Of a DNA stretch of 64,000 bases, positions 46,143 to 56,080 are shown in pieces. Under the pieces are notes generated by a model. The model ran no database searches, was not told where the DNA came from, and was given only the letters and a program-made list of their open reading frames with translations. The stretch spans positions 1 to 64,000 of the forward strand of contig JADFZL010000003.1 of the NCBI GenBank assembly GCA_015232575.1, in the 5' to 3' direction. Positions within the stretch are counted from its first letter, which is position 1. Each line of letters begins with the position of its first letter. The translations under genes and the position numbers were made by a program. Source of the stretch: Candidatus Rifleibacteriota bacterium (lineage in GTDB: Bacteria > Muiribacteriota > Ozemobacteria > Ozemobacterales > Ozemobacteraceae).

Positions 46143-46991
46143 ATGAAAAAAAATATAAATATTATTAAGATGATTTTAATTCTGCTGGCGGCGTTCGTCT
46201 GCCAGACGCAAATCCTTTCAGCTATTCCATACAATGCTGGTATTTATGTGGTAGATCTTGATATTTACAATAAAAATATGTTGTTGATTCCGTCAGCCTA
46301 TGCAAAATGCAGCTTAAAGGATGATGTTATAAAGGTAAAAGTGCTGGCCCCCGGATATGAAACCAAGAAATTTGAAATTGCTGCCGGTGGTGGACAGACT
46401 TATTTCAAAAGAGATGTTGTACTTGAAGATATTCGAAAACAGATTGTAGTTTACAGTTTTATTGGTGAACCCATAAAATCGGCTTATTATGATGATCGAC
46501 AATTCGGATATAGCCCGAACGACTATGGGCTGAGTGTTTATGTTCCTAAAAAAGCATGGCCGAAACCTTCTGACACGGGTATTAAAATAATTGAAGATGT
46601 CTGGGGTTCACAGATTAATTATACGTGTAAAATTTCTTCTGAGATGTCAGACTTTCACGAAGCCAAGTTGACTATTCCGAGAGGCTATCTCATGACATCT
46701 GGAAAAAGGCTTTTGGTAATGATTGACACCTCTGGTTCTATTCCTGATAATGAGGACGAACCAGAATTGGATGACACAGAAATTGCACGAAGTGTTCAGA
46801 TGATAAAAATCGCTGAAAATGAACTTATGAATTCAAAAGATTTTTCTTCAGAAATTTTTTCAGAAAATCTTTTTAATAAGATTGGTTATAAACGATTGCT
46901 TCAATATTCCCAAAATGGTGGTGACTTGACTGATCATCTCCGAAAAAAAGTTAAAGATGCAGAAAGGTTTAATTCTCTTCATAACGAGTAA
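46143..46991 (+). CDS. hypothetical secreted protein
   Basis: Signal peptide (MILILLAAFVCQTQILSA). Unknown function. Confidence 0.4.
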   Translation: MKKNINIIKMILILLAAFVCQTQILSAIPYNAGIYVVDLDIYNKNMLLIPSAYAKCSLKDDVIKVKVLAPGYETKKFEIAAGGGQTYFKRDVVLEDIRKQIVVYSFIGEPIKSAYYDDRQFGYSPNDYGLSVYVPKKAWPKPSDTGIKIIEDVWGSQINYTCKISSEMSDFHEAKLTIPRGYLMTSGKRLLVMIDTSGSIPDNEDEPELDDTEIARSVQMIKIAENELMNSKDFSSEIFSENLFNKIGYKRLLQYSQNGGDLTDHLRKKVKDAERFNSLHNE

Positions 46992-47224
46992 TTTTTACAA
47001 GCCCATTAAAATCATCCCTTTTATCCTGAATGTCGTGATTTACGACATTCGGGATTTTTTAATGATTTGTAGTGAAAGACCATCTGAAATTCTTTGTTAA
47101 TAATTGGCAATACGTGGTTTAGAATCAGATACCACCTAAAATTGAAAATTTTATGATGCACTAATTTCAATAAATATGCTATCCTCTTTTTTTATGTTAA
47201 AGAAATTTTTTTCAGGGGGAAAGT

Positions 47225-47425
47225 ATGTCCAGTTGTCCAAATCAGAATAAAAACATGAAGTCGTGTAATTGTACTTACGAACCATGCTCAAGAAAAGGTT
47301 TGTGTTGCGAATGTATTTCATATCACCGAAGAAGCGGTGAACTTCCGGCGTGCTATTTTTCACCCCAGGGTGAGAAAACATTCGATAGAAGTATCGACAA
47401 CTACCTGAAACATCGCGGAAAATAA
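47225..47425 (+). CDS. small conserved Cys-rich protein (66 aa, 8 Cys)
   Basis: [50 protein letters not shown] 5 nt upstream. Resembles a widespread clostridial-type small Cys-rich family of unknown function. Confidence 0.5.
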   Translation: MSSCPNQNKNMKSCNCTYEPCSRKGLCCECISYHRRSGELPACYFSPQGEKTFDRSIDNYLKHRGK

Positions 47426-47456
47426 GTATTGATACTATTGTAAAAGGATAAAATAA

Positions 47457-48170
47457 ATGAAGTTTTCGAAAACCTTGTTGCTGTCGGTGATTTTTGTTTT
47501 TATTTTGTTGACTGCAGTAAATGCTGATGAAAGAGGAAATGAATATAAAGTATGGTTTGATTCGTTCCTGGCAAAATTTCAGGACTCGTTTACACCTCCA
47601 AATTCAGTGCAGAAAGAGGAGCTTGATGATTTGCTGAGAATAAAACCTGCATATAATTCCGGAATTTATTATAATCTCTGGTTTGTACAATGCTTCTGTA
47701 TGTATGTTGAAGAAACCTCAATAACTTTATCGGCTGGTGAAATTGAGAAATTCAAATATGTTTTTTCTGCAATGCCGCAAACAGACGGTAGTGAACAGTA
47801 TTACACCTTTTATCTTGATTATATTCTGAAAAATCTTGATGAATTTATGCCTGTTTTGAGCGATGCAGAGATTGCTTTTCTTGCATATTTTATCAAAGCA
47901 AAACCTTCTTCAACAGGAGCTGATTACCAGACATGGCTGAAAGCTTACATGGAGCTGAAAGAAAGTTATGGTTCAAGTTTGTCTGAAGACGAAAAGAAAG
48001 CTCTTAAATTTTTAAATGATATCAAACCAGTTGAAAATGGTGGATCTGATGATGTTTTATTTAAAGTTAAAAGGGAAACTCTGTTGAAAATCAGAAATAT
48101 GATTCAGAATCAGCAGCCAAATTCTGCCATTGAAGAAATTAACCGAATTCTTTATCAAAACGGGAACTGA
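47457..48170 (+). CDS. hypothetical secreted protein
   Basis: Signal peptide (LLSVIFVFILLTAVNA). No motif recognised. Confidence 0.4.
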   Translation: MKFSKTLLLSVIFVFILLTAVNADERGNEYKVWFDSFLAKFQDSFTPPNSVQKEELDDLLRIKPAYNSGIYYNLWFVQCFCMYVEETSITLSAGEIEKFKYVFSAMPQTDGSEQYYTFYLDYILKNLDEFMPVLSDAEIAFLAYFIKAKPSSTGADYQTWLKAYMELKESYGSSLSEDEKKALKFLNDIKPVENGGSDDVLFKVKRETLLKIRNMIQNQQPNSAIEEINRILYQNGN

Positions 48171-48240
48171 ATTTTTAACCACGGATTACACGGATTATCA
48201 CTTTGAAGAATATGTATCAACTCAATATTTTGGGGCAATT

Positions 48241-48271
48241 CGAACAACGCGGCATTTTGCCGCGTTGTTCG
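48241..48271 (+). terminator. perfect 13-bp hairpin CGAACAACGCGGC-atttt-GCCGCGTTGTTCG
   Basis: It shares the core ACGCGGC/GCCGCGT with the hairpins at 20871 and 23731. No U-tract. Confidence 0.35.
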
Positions 48272-48411
48272 CAAACTGCTGGAATCCGCTTTTACTTTTC
48301 TTTGAAACAAGTTATTGAGTAGGTACTGGAATATATAATTATTATGTTTAACAAGTTTACGTAATTACACACATTATTCTTGTTACTATTATAGGAGTCT
48401 TTTGGATAGAA

Positions 48412-49635
48412 ATGGATATTACAAAATATATTCTGGCATTACAGCACTTGATGGCGATGTTTGGCGCAACAGTTCTTGTACCAATACTTACCGGACTAAA
48501 TCCTTCAGTCGCTCTTGTCAGCGCAGGAATCGGAACTTTAATATTCCACTATTGCACTTCATATAAAGTTCCGGTATTCCTCGGTTCGAGTTTTGCTTTT
48601 ATTCCAGTAATTATAACGGTTAAGGAAATTTACAAAAATGATTTGACATACGCACAGGGTGGAATCGTTATTGCAGGATTTCTATATGTGCTTTTTGCTT
48701 TCTTTATTGTAAAATTCGGAACAGAAAGAACAAAGAGTTTTTTTCCTGCACATGTTACTGGACCAATGATTGTAGTAATCGGTTTAAAATTAGTACCGGT
48801 GGCTTTGGGAATGTACTCACAGAACTATATTCTTGCAACAACAACCTTCACCGTTGCGATACTGATTAACTTTTTTGCCAGGGGTTTTCTCAGGCAATTG
48901 TCAATAATTATCGCGGTTTTTACAGGTTATGTGTTGGCTTTATCAATGAATTTAGTTGACACAAGCATGATAACTAATGCTGCCTTTTTTTCGCTGCCTC
49001 CATTTTCATTTCCAAAATTTGATATGGGAGCGATTATTATCATTGCCCCGGTAGTTATAGCAGTTTTCATGGAGCATATTGGCGATATTACTACAAATGG
49101 TGCTGTTGTTGGGGCTGATTTTATTAAAGATCCAGGGTTAGACAAGACTCTGATGGGTGATGGTCTGGCAACTATGGCAGCAGGTTTTATTGGCGGTCCA
49201 GCCAATACAACTTATGCTGAAAATACGGGTTTGCTTGCAATGACAAAAAATTATAATCCGGCGATTTTAAGAATAACAGCAATATTTGCTATCCTTCTGG
49301 GCCTTGTTTCAAAATTTGGATACATTATGCAGAGTATTCCAGCACCTGTAATGGGCGGAATAAGCTTGATACTCTTCAGTATGATTTCTATCATTGGTGT
49401 AAAAACAATAAAAAACAGCGATTCCAAAATGAATATGCAAAATATTATTGTCATGGCAACAATTCTGATTATTGGTCTTGGTTCGGAATTTATTGAAAAA
49501 AAACTTGGATTCTGCCCTGGCATAGTCGTAAATGAAAATATTAAAATTACGGGTTTAAGTTTTGCAGCATTTCTGGGAGTGGCATTAAATAAAGCGTTTT
49601 CCTCATTTACTACTGCTACTGTTACGAATTCGTAA
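48412..49635 (+). CDS. uracil/xanthine permease (NCS2 family)
   Basis: LQHLMAMFGATVLVPILTG and 12-14 TM helices typical of UraA/PyrP nucleobase:cation symporters. Confidence 0.7.
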   Translation: MDITKYILALQHLMAMFGATVLVPILTGLNPSVALVSAGIGTLIFHYCTSYKVPVFLGSSFAFIPVIITVKEIYKNDLTYAQGGIVIAGFLYVLFAFFIVKFGTERTKSFFPAHVTGPMIVVIGLKLVPVALGMYSQNYILATTTFTVAILINFFARGFLRQLSIIIAVFTGYVLALSMNLVDTSMITNAAFFSLPPFSFPKFDMGAIIIIAPVVIAVFMEHIGDITTNGAVVGADFIKDPGLDKTLMGDGLATMAAGFIGGPANTTYAENTGLLAMTKNYNPAILRITAIFAILLGLVSKFGYIMQSIPAPVMGGISLILFSMISIIGVKTIKNSDSKMNMQNIIVMATILIIGLGSEFIEKKLGFCPGIVVNENIKITGLSFAAFLGVALNKAFSSFTTATVTNS

Positions 49636-51528
49636 TTTTATTGCTGGTCCGAGAAAGTTTATTTTTTCGGGGATGTTTCTTGAATTGCAGGAATGCAAAT
49701 AAATTTTATCTGGATTATCCTGAGAATATATTTTCAATTGGCACTCCTGCATTCTTTCAGCAATTTGATTTTCATTGTTCAGTTTATCAATAGGGATTTT
49801 TTGAGTATTAATTAATTGTCCCGAAGAGTTTATTGTCTCTGCAGAAATTGAAATATTTTCAATCTTTTTTTCGACTCCAAATAAGATTGATTCAATGTAC
49901 ATATCCTTATTCTTGCTTATGTTTTTTATGAAATCATTTAATTGAAGATTTATTTCCAAACTGGAAGTCTCACAAATAATCACACCATCCTGATTTTTCA
50001 TAAACCCTTCCCGACAGGATAGTGAGTTTATGGGAATACTTTCTGTAATTCCTTTGCAGGAAGCACTTTTTTGGTAAATACGGTAGGGTTGAGCACCAAA
50101 TTGGGTAACTTCGTAACTTGTTTTTATGAGTTCATAGCCTTCGTTTATCTGAAGGCTATGAGGAATAAAGCCAAGAAATGTTATCCATTCTGGTTTATGT
50201 TTTTCAGCTATTTTTTCAGTGTTCAACTGGAGATTTGTCGCTTCACGTGAATTTAAACCTGAATAATCAATACAATATCTTTCTGATTCACGAGCTATAA
50301 ATCCATGACCTGTCATAAGTTTGTCTTTGTGATGGCTGTTGTTTCTTACAAATCTCCCAATTGAAATTAATTCAGTGATTGAATTTTCAAGTAGACATAA
50401 CCTTATGTAGGACTGATCTAAGACAAATGGTATTTGAAAAACGGTTAATGTCGAAATTAATAAAAATTGTGGCAGAAATTTTTGCTCTTTAAAAAGCTTT
50501 TTAAATAATTGAAAGGCGAGAAGAAGAATTTGAATATTAATAAGCAGTTCAGGAAATGCGTAATACCAGCTCATCTGTTCATGCGGATTATAAAAACAGT
50601 ATAAAGCCAGATATCCGATTAGACAAAACATGAAAGAAAGATTTTCAATTATTATAAAAATTCGTTCTTTTCGAAAAGCATAAATATTGCACAAAAGTAA
50701 AAATAATAATAGGAATAAAGAGTCCTTTATCAGCAGAAAGTGATTTAAAAACGGAAACAAAGTGTTTGAAGGGTGGGGGTGGAAAAATAATTTTGAATAT
50801 ACCGTCTGAGGAATTGGGCTTCCAAAAATGAAAAAGCAAATAATTATCCAGACGCCCAGGAATGAAAAATTCCATTTGAAAAGAGTTTGCAGCCCATTTT
50901 TAAGTTCAATTCTTTCATTTTCAAAGTAATCAATTAGAAGGAAAAGTAGCACACAAATAATGAATACTGGTACCGAGTCAAGTTTTGAAATAATTGAAAT
51001 TGCCCCGGAAATGCATAAGAGTGGAAAATTTCTTTTTAGTAGAAATACAAATTGAGAAAGCATTATTCCGATGTGTAAAGAAGTTTCAAGCCCCTGCTTG
51101 ACATTTATTATCAAATCGGTTGTACAAAAATACAGCCATGCTGCTCCAAATATTGGAATGAAATAGCCTTCAGAGTGAAATCGCAAAATCTGAATTATCA
51201 CAAGAATAAGAATTATTGATCCGATGAAATTGCTTGCAAACAGTGAATTCAATGGACTCAAGAGGCCGGAAAATGTTAAAAGACCGGCAGAAATTCCGTG
51301 AATGAATCCTGAAATTCCAAAAATAGGGCCGTCTTCAATGTTGTATGTGTAAAAGTAACCTTTCTGGAAATTATCCATATATTTAAGAATAATTCCACCG
51401 TCATCCAGAATTAGTGAAGTAGGCCAAATGGCGAAAAATATAGTCGATAAAATTATTGACCAGAGCAGATCGTAGAGAAAATGTGATTTAAGAATTTCCA
51501 TTTTTTTATGCAATTTTTTAAAACTCAT
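49603..51528 (-). CDS. large polytopic membrane protein, possibly a GT-C-fold (GT39/ArnT-like) glycosyltransferase
   Basis: About 400 aa with 11 or more hydrophobic helices, followed by a roughly 240-aa soluble C-terminal domain. The architecture is suggestive only. Confidence 0.3.
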   Translation of the reverse strand: MSFKKLHKKMEILKSHFLYDLLWSIILSTIFFAIWPTSLILDDGGIILKYMDNFQKGYFYTYNIEDGPIFGISGFIHGISAGLLTFSGLLSPLNSLFASNFIGSIILILVIIQILRFHSEGYFIPIFGAAWLYFCTTDLIINVKQGLETSLHIGIMLSQFVFLLKRNFPLLCISGAISIISKLDSVPVFIICVLLFLLIDYFENERIELKNGLQTLFKWNFSFLGVWIIICFFIFGSPIPQTVYSKLFFHPHPSNTLFPFLNHFLLIKDSLFLLLFLLLCNIYAFRKERIFIIIENLSFMFCLIGYLALYCFYNPHEQMSWYYAFPELLINIQILLLAFQLFKKLFKEQKFLPQFLLISTLTVFQIPFVLDQSYIRLCLLENSITELISIGRFVRNNSHHKDKLMTGHGFIARESERYCIDYSGLNSREATNLQLNTEKIAEKHKPEWITFLGFIPHSLQINEGYELIKTSYEVTQFGAQPYRIYQKSASCKGITESIPINSLSCREGFMKNQDGVIICETSSLEINLQLNDFIKNISKNKDMYIESILFGVEKKIENISISAETINSSGQLINTQKIPIDKLNNENQIAERMQECQLKIYSQDNPDKIYLHSCNSRNIPEKINFLGPAIKLRIRNSSSSK

Positions 51529-51578
51529 TATTTGAGGTACTTGAAGAATGTAACAAATATAGAATATAATACCATATT

Positions 51579-53516
51579 ATGAATATTATTTTTGAAACTG
51601 GATTTTGGTCTTTAAATCATGATTCTCTTGAAATAGACCTTCGGGAGATTAGTTCTGCGGCAGAAAATGCTTTTAACGAAGAAAGAATACCATTTTCCAG
51701 AATAAGAGCATGGTTGAGTTCCTTCAGGCTTTCTTTATACGTTGAGGGTGTTCCAGCCTGTCAATCTGATTTTTTTACTGAAATAAAGGGGCCAAAGGCA
51801 AAATTTGCCTACGACATTAATCATAATCTTACCCCGGCAGCAAGAGGATTTGCTTTATCTCAGAACTGTGATCCATCAGCCCTTGTTTCCAGGGAAATAG
51901 ATGGTGAGAAATACCTTGTAGCAAGAAAAACAGTTAAAGGACGCTCTGTAGCTGAGCTTCTTGCGAAAATATTTCCCGTAGTGCTTTCTCAGATTTCCTG
52001 GAAGCGAAAGCCATGGGCACAAAACATGATTCTTCCGCAACCACCCGCCTATATCACGGCGGTCTTCGGATCTGAAATTATTCCGCTGACCATTGATGAA
52101 GTCCGCTCTGGAAGAGAGATTTTTATCAGAAACAGGCGTGAGCTGAAAAAAGTATCATTGGAATCTGCTGATGACTTTCTAAAAAACATTTCAGATGAAG
52201 GATTTCCAGCGGAGCCAAAGGATCGTCAGAAGATATTCGAATCAAAAATGCAGTCGCTGGTTGATAAAAACCATCTCCTGGAAAAAAATACAGACTCTTT
52301 TCGCAACATAGGTTTTTATTATGAAAGACCATCATTTTTTTCTTTCAAGCTTCCCGAAGATAAATGTTGTTGTGTTGCTGCAATTTGTCCTGGAGAGTTT
52401 CCGAAGATGGTATATCTTGAAACTAACAAAGGGAAACAGATTTCAGATTCTATCGTGCCATTTGAGGGAACAGACCCTTCTGAAAAAGAGCTTGCCGCGC
52501 GTGCTTTTCTTTTGCAGAAAAGATATGAATGTCTTTCTGAAACAATAAATCGGAGTTTTATTTCAAACCGGGCTCATTATTCTGAAAAATTAAAAGTCCT
52601 GCCATCGGCTTTATTGAATGGCTCCTTGTTTGATGAAAAAACAGATCTGGAAAATATTCTTGAAAGAATTGCCGGAAGAACATCTTTGCTTTTTGGTCAG
52701 GTAAAAGAGTTGAGTGATTTTGTTGAAGCCTACTTTTTTCTCAAAGCTTTTCCTGAGTCGGAATGCATTTTAAAGAATCCCGATTTGAAAATCTATCTGT
52801 TCGAAAAGTATGATTTTTTAAAAATCCTTTCTGATAATATTTTAAACTGTTTTACTTTTTCCGAAAACACTGTCTTTACTGGCTTAACAGACCGTGAGCA
52901 CTTTTTAATCATGGGAATAATGTTGCAGAGACTTTTCTTTGTTTCTTCCAGAAAGAAAAGAGAGCGTTATGCGGAAGCTTTGTTTGATTTATTTTTTGAA
53001 AAAACATTACCTGGTGATTTTTTGCCCTTTTTCGAGCAGTCTTCTGAACATTTTGATGAGTTAGAACTCTGGATGTCTATATTTTTTAAAAAGCTTGCCC
53101 TAAAATCAGAAATCTTAAACCAATCTGTATCATTCAGGAAGATAAGAAATTCTAATGCAATTCAGTTATTGAATTTTTTCTCCAGACGTTCAGATTTTCA
53201 ATCAAAATATTACCCATTCATTCGGGATTTGACTAAAAATATTAATAGTCATTTGGCACCGGTAACTGAAATAAGCCCTGAAACATCAGATCACACAGCA
53301 AAAATAACCGAAGTAACCGATGCTTCAGATTTTGACAGAGTTACATTTTTATTATCGCTTGAAAAAGAGATTGAAAAGGATGATGGAGAAATAATAAGTG
53401 TACTTGACTGGCTGATATTTAACAAAGCCAGAATAACCGCACTGCTTGCGGAAAAAGAAACAGATTCCAAAATTCTTTTAAAAGTTTTGGATTTGCTGTG
53501 CAAGTTCAATTTATAA
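51579..53516 (+). CDS. divergent glycine--tRNA ligase beta-subunit (GlyS)-like protein
   Basis: The N-terminal 200 aa follow the E. coli GlyS pattern: [25 protein letters not shown] vs [45 protein letters not shown] vs [27 protein letters not shown]...GSEIIP vs KLMRWG...LGDKVIP. There is no glyQ nearby. Confidence 0.4.
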   Translation: [645 protein letters not shown]

Positions 53517-53575
53517 ATTTTTTATAAATATTTCTTGCCCCCGCAGACTGATTCATGGTAAATCCTTAACGAAAT

Positions 53576-56080
53576 ATGAACCACCAATGGTTTCAAGGAG
53601 GAAGTGACTTATTCATGAACAAGCCAGAAGAAGGTATTTCGCAGCCGCCATCGCATTCGACATTCCAGGAATCACGTTCGGTATATCCACTTTTGCCGCT
53701 TAGAGATGTCGTGGTTTTTCCATTTATGGTGGTTCCGCTGTTTGTTGGACGGAAAAAGTCTATTCGTTCGATAGAAGAGGCAATGTTGCGTGATCGCAAG
53801 ATTGTTCTCTGTGCACAGAAACAGGCAAAAACGGATGATCCTGACGTCACCGAACTTTATGAAACCGGTACAATCGCTGAAATACTTCAGCTGCTCAAAC
53901 TGCCCGATGGAATACTGAAAATTCTGGTTGAAGGTACCACCAGAGTTAAAATTACCAAGTTTGGGAAAAGAGAAGACTTCTTTGAAGGCGAAACAGAAGA
54001 AGTAACTGCGACTGACGAAAAGAGCATTGAAACTCAGGCTCTTATGAGAAATGTCATAGGATTTTTTGAACAGTACATTAAATTAAATAAGAAAATTCCT
54101 CTCGAAGTAATAATGGTAGCAAATAATGTTGAAGAACCAGGTCGTCTTGCTGACATTATTACTGCTCACCTGACTTTGAAAGTTGAAGAAAAACAGGAAA
54201 TTCTTGAAGCATTTGATCCAAAAGCAAGACTGAACAAGATTGCAAGCATTCTCAATCGTGAACTTGAAATAATGATGGTTGAGAAAAAGATTCGCGGCCA
54301 GGTTCGCAAGCAGATGGAGCAGATACAGAAAGAGTATTACCTTCGCGAGCAGATGAAAGCCATTCAAAAGGAACTTGGCGAAGGTGAAGATAGAATTGAA
54401 GAAATGGAAGAGCTTAAAAAGGCTATTGCAAAAGCAAAAATGCCTGAAGAAGCTCGTGAAAAAGCTGAAAAAGAGTTGTCTAAATTAAGTAAAATGCCGC
54501 CGGGTTCAGCAGAAGCGACCGTGTCAAGAAATTATGTTGACTGGCTTATTTCGCTGCCATGGGCGAAATCCACCAAAGATAAAATTGAAATTGACAAGGC
54601 AGAAATCATTCTTGATGAAGATCATTATGGTTTGAAAAAAGTCAAAGAGAGAATTCTTGAGTTTCTTGCTGTCTGCAAGCTCAAAAAATCACTGAAAGGA
54701 CCAATTCTTTGTCTAATTGGGCCTCCCGGTGTAGGTAAAACATCTCTCGGACGTTCTATCGCACGTTCCATGAATAGAAAATTCGCCCGTATTTCTCTCG
54801 GTGGAATGCGTGATGAAGCTGAAATACGAGGACACAGAAGAACATATATCGGTGCTTTGCCAGGTCGAATTATTCAGGCTTTGAGAGATTGTGGAACAAG
54901 AAATCCGGTTATTCTTCTTGATGAAATTGATAAAATGGGAAATGATTTCAGAGGCGATCCGGGTTCTGCATTGCTTGAGGTTCTTGATCCAGAACAAAAC
55001 TCAACATTTTCAGATCATTTCATTGCAACTCCGTTTGATTTATCAAAAGTTCTTTTTCTGACAACTGCAAATGTTCCGCACAGTATTCCGCCGGCTTTGA
55101 AAGATCGTCTGGAAATTGTTTTCCTGCCAGGGTATACAGAAGAAGAAAAAGTTGAAATTGCAAAAAGATATCTTCTTCCCAAGCAGAAGGAAGCCAATGG
55201 AATAGATAAAAATAAAATCGTGTTTGAAGATGAAAGTGTTCGTCAGATCATCAGACAATATACAAGAGAATCCGGCGTCAGAAGTCTTGAACGTGAAATC
55301 GCTGCAGTAAGCCGGAAAATTGCGCGCAAACTTATTTCCGTAAGCAAACCTTCTGCAGAAGAAATTTCTGTTACTCCAGAGTCTCTGAAGGGCTATCTTG
55401 GAGTTGCCAAATTTCATTCAGATAAGAAGGAAGAAAAACACGAAATTGGAATTGCCACCGGACTTGCCTGGACAGAGGTTGGAGGAGCTATTCTTCCGAT
55501 TGAAGTCGTTATTATGCCAGGGCGCGGAAAAATTACGCTCACTGGAAGCCTGGGAAATGTAATGAAAGAATCAGCAATGGCTGGAATTTCATATCTTCGT
55601 TCTCATGCTGAAGAATTGAGAATGCGTCCGATTAATTATGATAAAATTGATCTGCATATTCATTTCCCTGAAGGCGGAGTTCCGAAAGATGGTCCGTCAG
55701 CAGGTATTACAATTGCTACTGCAATTTATTCTGCATTGAACGAAGTTCCTATCAACAAAGATTTTGCAATGACCGGAGAAATTACACTCAGAGGAAAGGT
55801 TTTGCCCGTTGGTGGAATAAAAGAGAAACTTCTGGCAGCGCACAGACATGGAATTACAAATATTATTCTTTCGGTTGATAACGAGAAAGACCTTGAGGAA
55901 ATTCCGGAAGAAATTAGAAATAATCTGACCATAAGTAAAGTCAGGAATGCCTCTGAGGTTCTTAAACTAGCTCTGGTTGGTGAACCAAAGCAGACCCCGC
56001 TTGTACTGAAGGGGTATACAGAAAAGAAAAAAAACGATAAAGATATGTCGTCAGAAAAGGATTCAGAAGATGACGCTTAA
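53576..56080 (+). CDS. lon: ATP-dependent Lon protease
   Basis: Lon N-domain (LPLLPLRDVVVFPFMVVPLFVGR), AAA+ P-loop GPPGVGKTSLGRSIA, and the protease motif DGPSAGITIATA (Ser) with catalytic Lys downstream. Confidence 0.9.
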   Translation: MNHQWFQGGSDLFMNKPEEGISQPPSHSTFQESRSVYPLLPLRDVVVFPFMVVPLFVGRKKSIRSIEEAMLRDRKIVLCAQKQAKTDDPDVTELYETGTIAEILQLLKLPDGILKILVEGTTRVKITKFGKREDFFEGETEEVTATDEKSIETQALMRNVIGFFEQYIKLNKKIPLEVIMVANNVEEPGRLADIITAHLTLKVEEKQEILEAFDPKARLNKIASILNRELEIMMVEKKIRGQVRKQMEQIQKEYYLREQMKAIQKELGEGEDRIEEMEELKKAIAKAKMPEEAREKAEKELSKLSKMPPGSAEATVSRNYVDWLISLPWAKSTKDKIEIDKAEIILDEDHYGLKKVKERILEFLAVCKLKKSLKGPILCLIGPPGVGKTSLGRSIARSMNRKFARISLGGMRDEAEIRGHRRTYIGALPGRIIQALRDCGTRNPVILLDEIDKMGNDFRGDPGSALLEVLDPEQNSTFSDHFIATPFDLSKVLFLTTANVPHSIPPALKDRLEIVFLPGYTEEEKVEIAKRYLLPKQKEANGIDKNKIVFEDESVRQIIRQYTRESGVRSLEREIAAVSRKIARKLISVSKPSAEEISVTPESLKGYLGVAKFHSDKKEEKHEIGIATGLAWTEVGGAILPIEVVIMPGRGKITLTGSLGNVMKESAMAGISYLRSHAEELRMRPINYDKIDLHIHFPEGGVPKDGPSAGITIATAIYSALNEVPINKDFAMTGEITLRGKVLPVGGIKEKLLAAHRHGITNIILSVDNEKDLEEIPEEIRNNLTISKVRNASEVLKLALVGEPKQTPLVLKGYTEKKKNDKDMSSEKDSEDDA

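Noticed and set aside
48171-48411. Possible PyrR/riboswitch leader upstream of the uracil permease
   Set aside because: No match was seen by eye to the PyrR binding loop consensus (ARUCCNGNGAGGYU) or to purine/preQ1 riboswitch cores. The region contains only an AT-rich leader and the 48241 hairpin belonging to the upstream gene.
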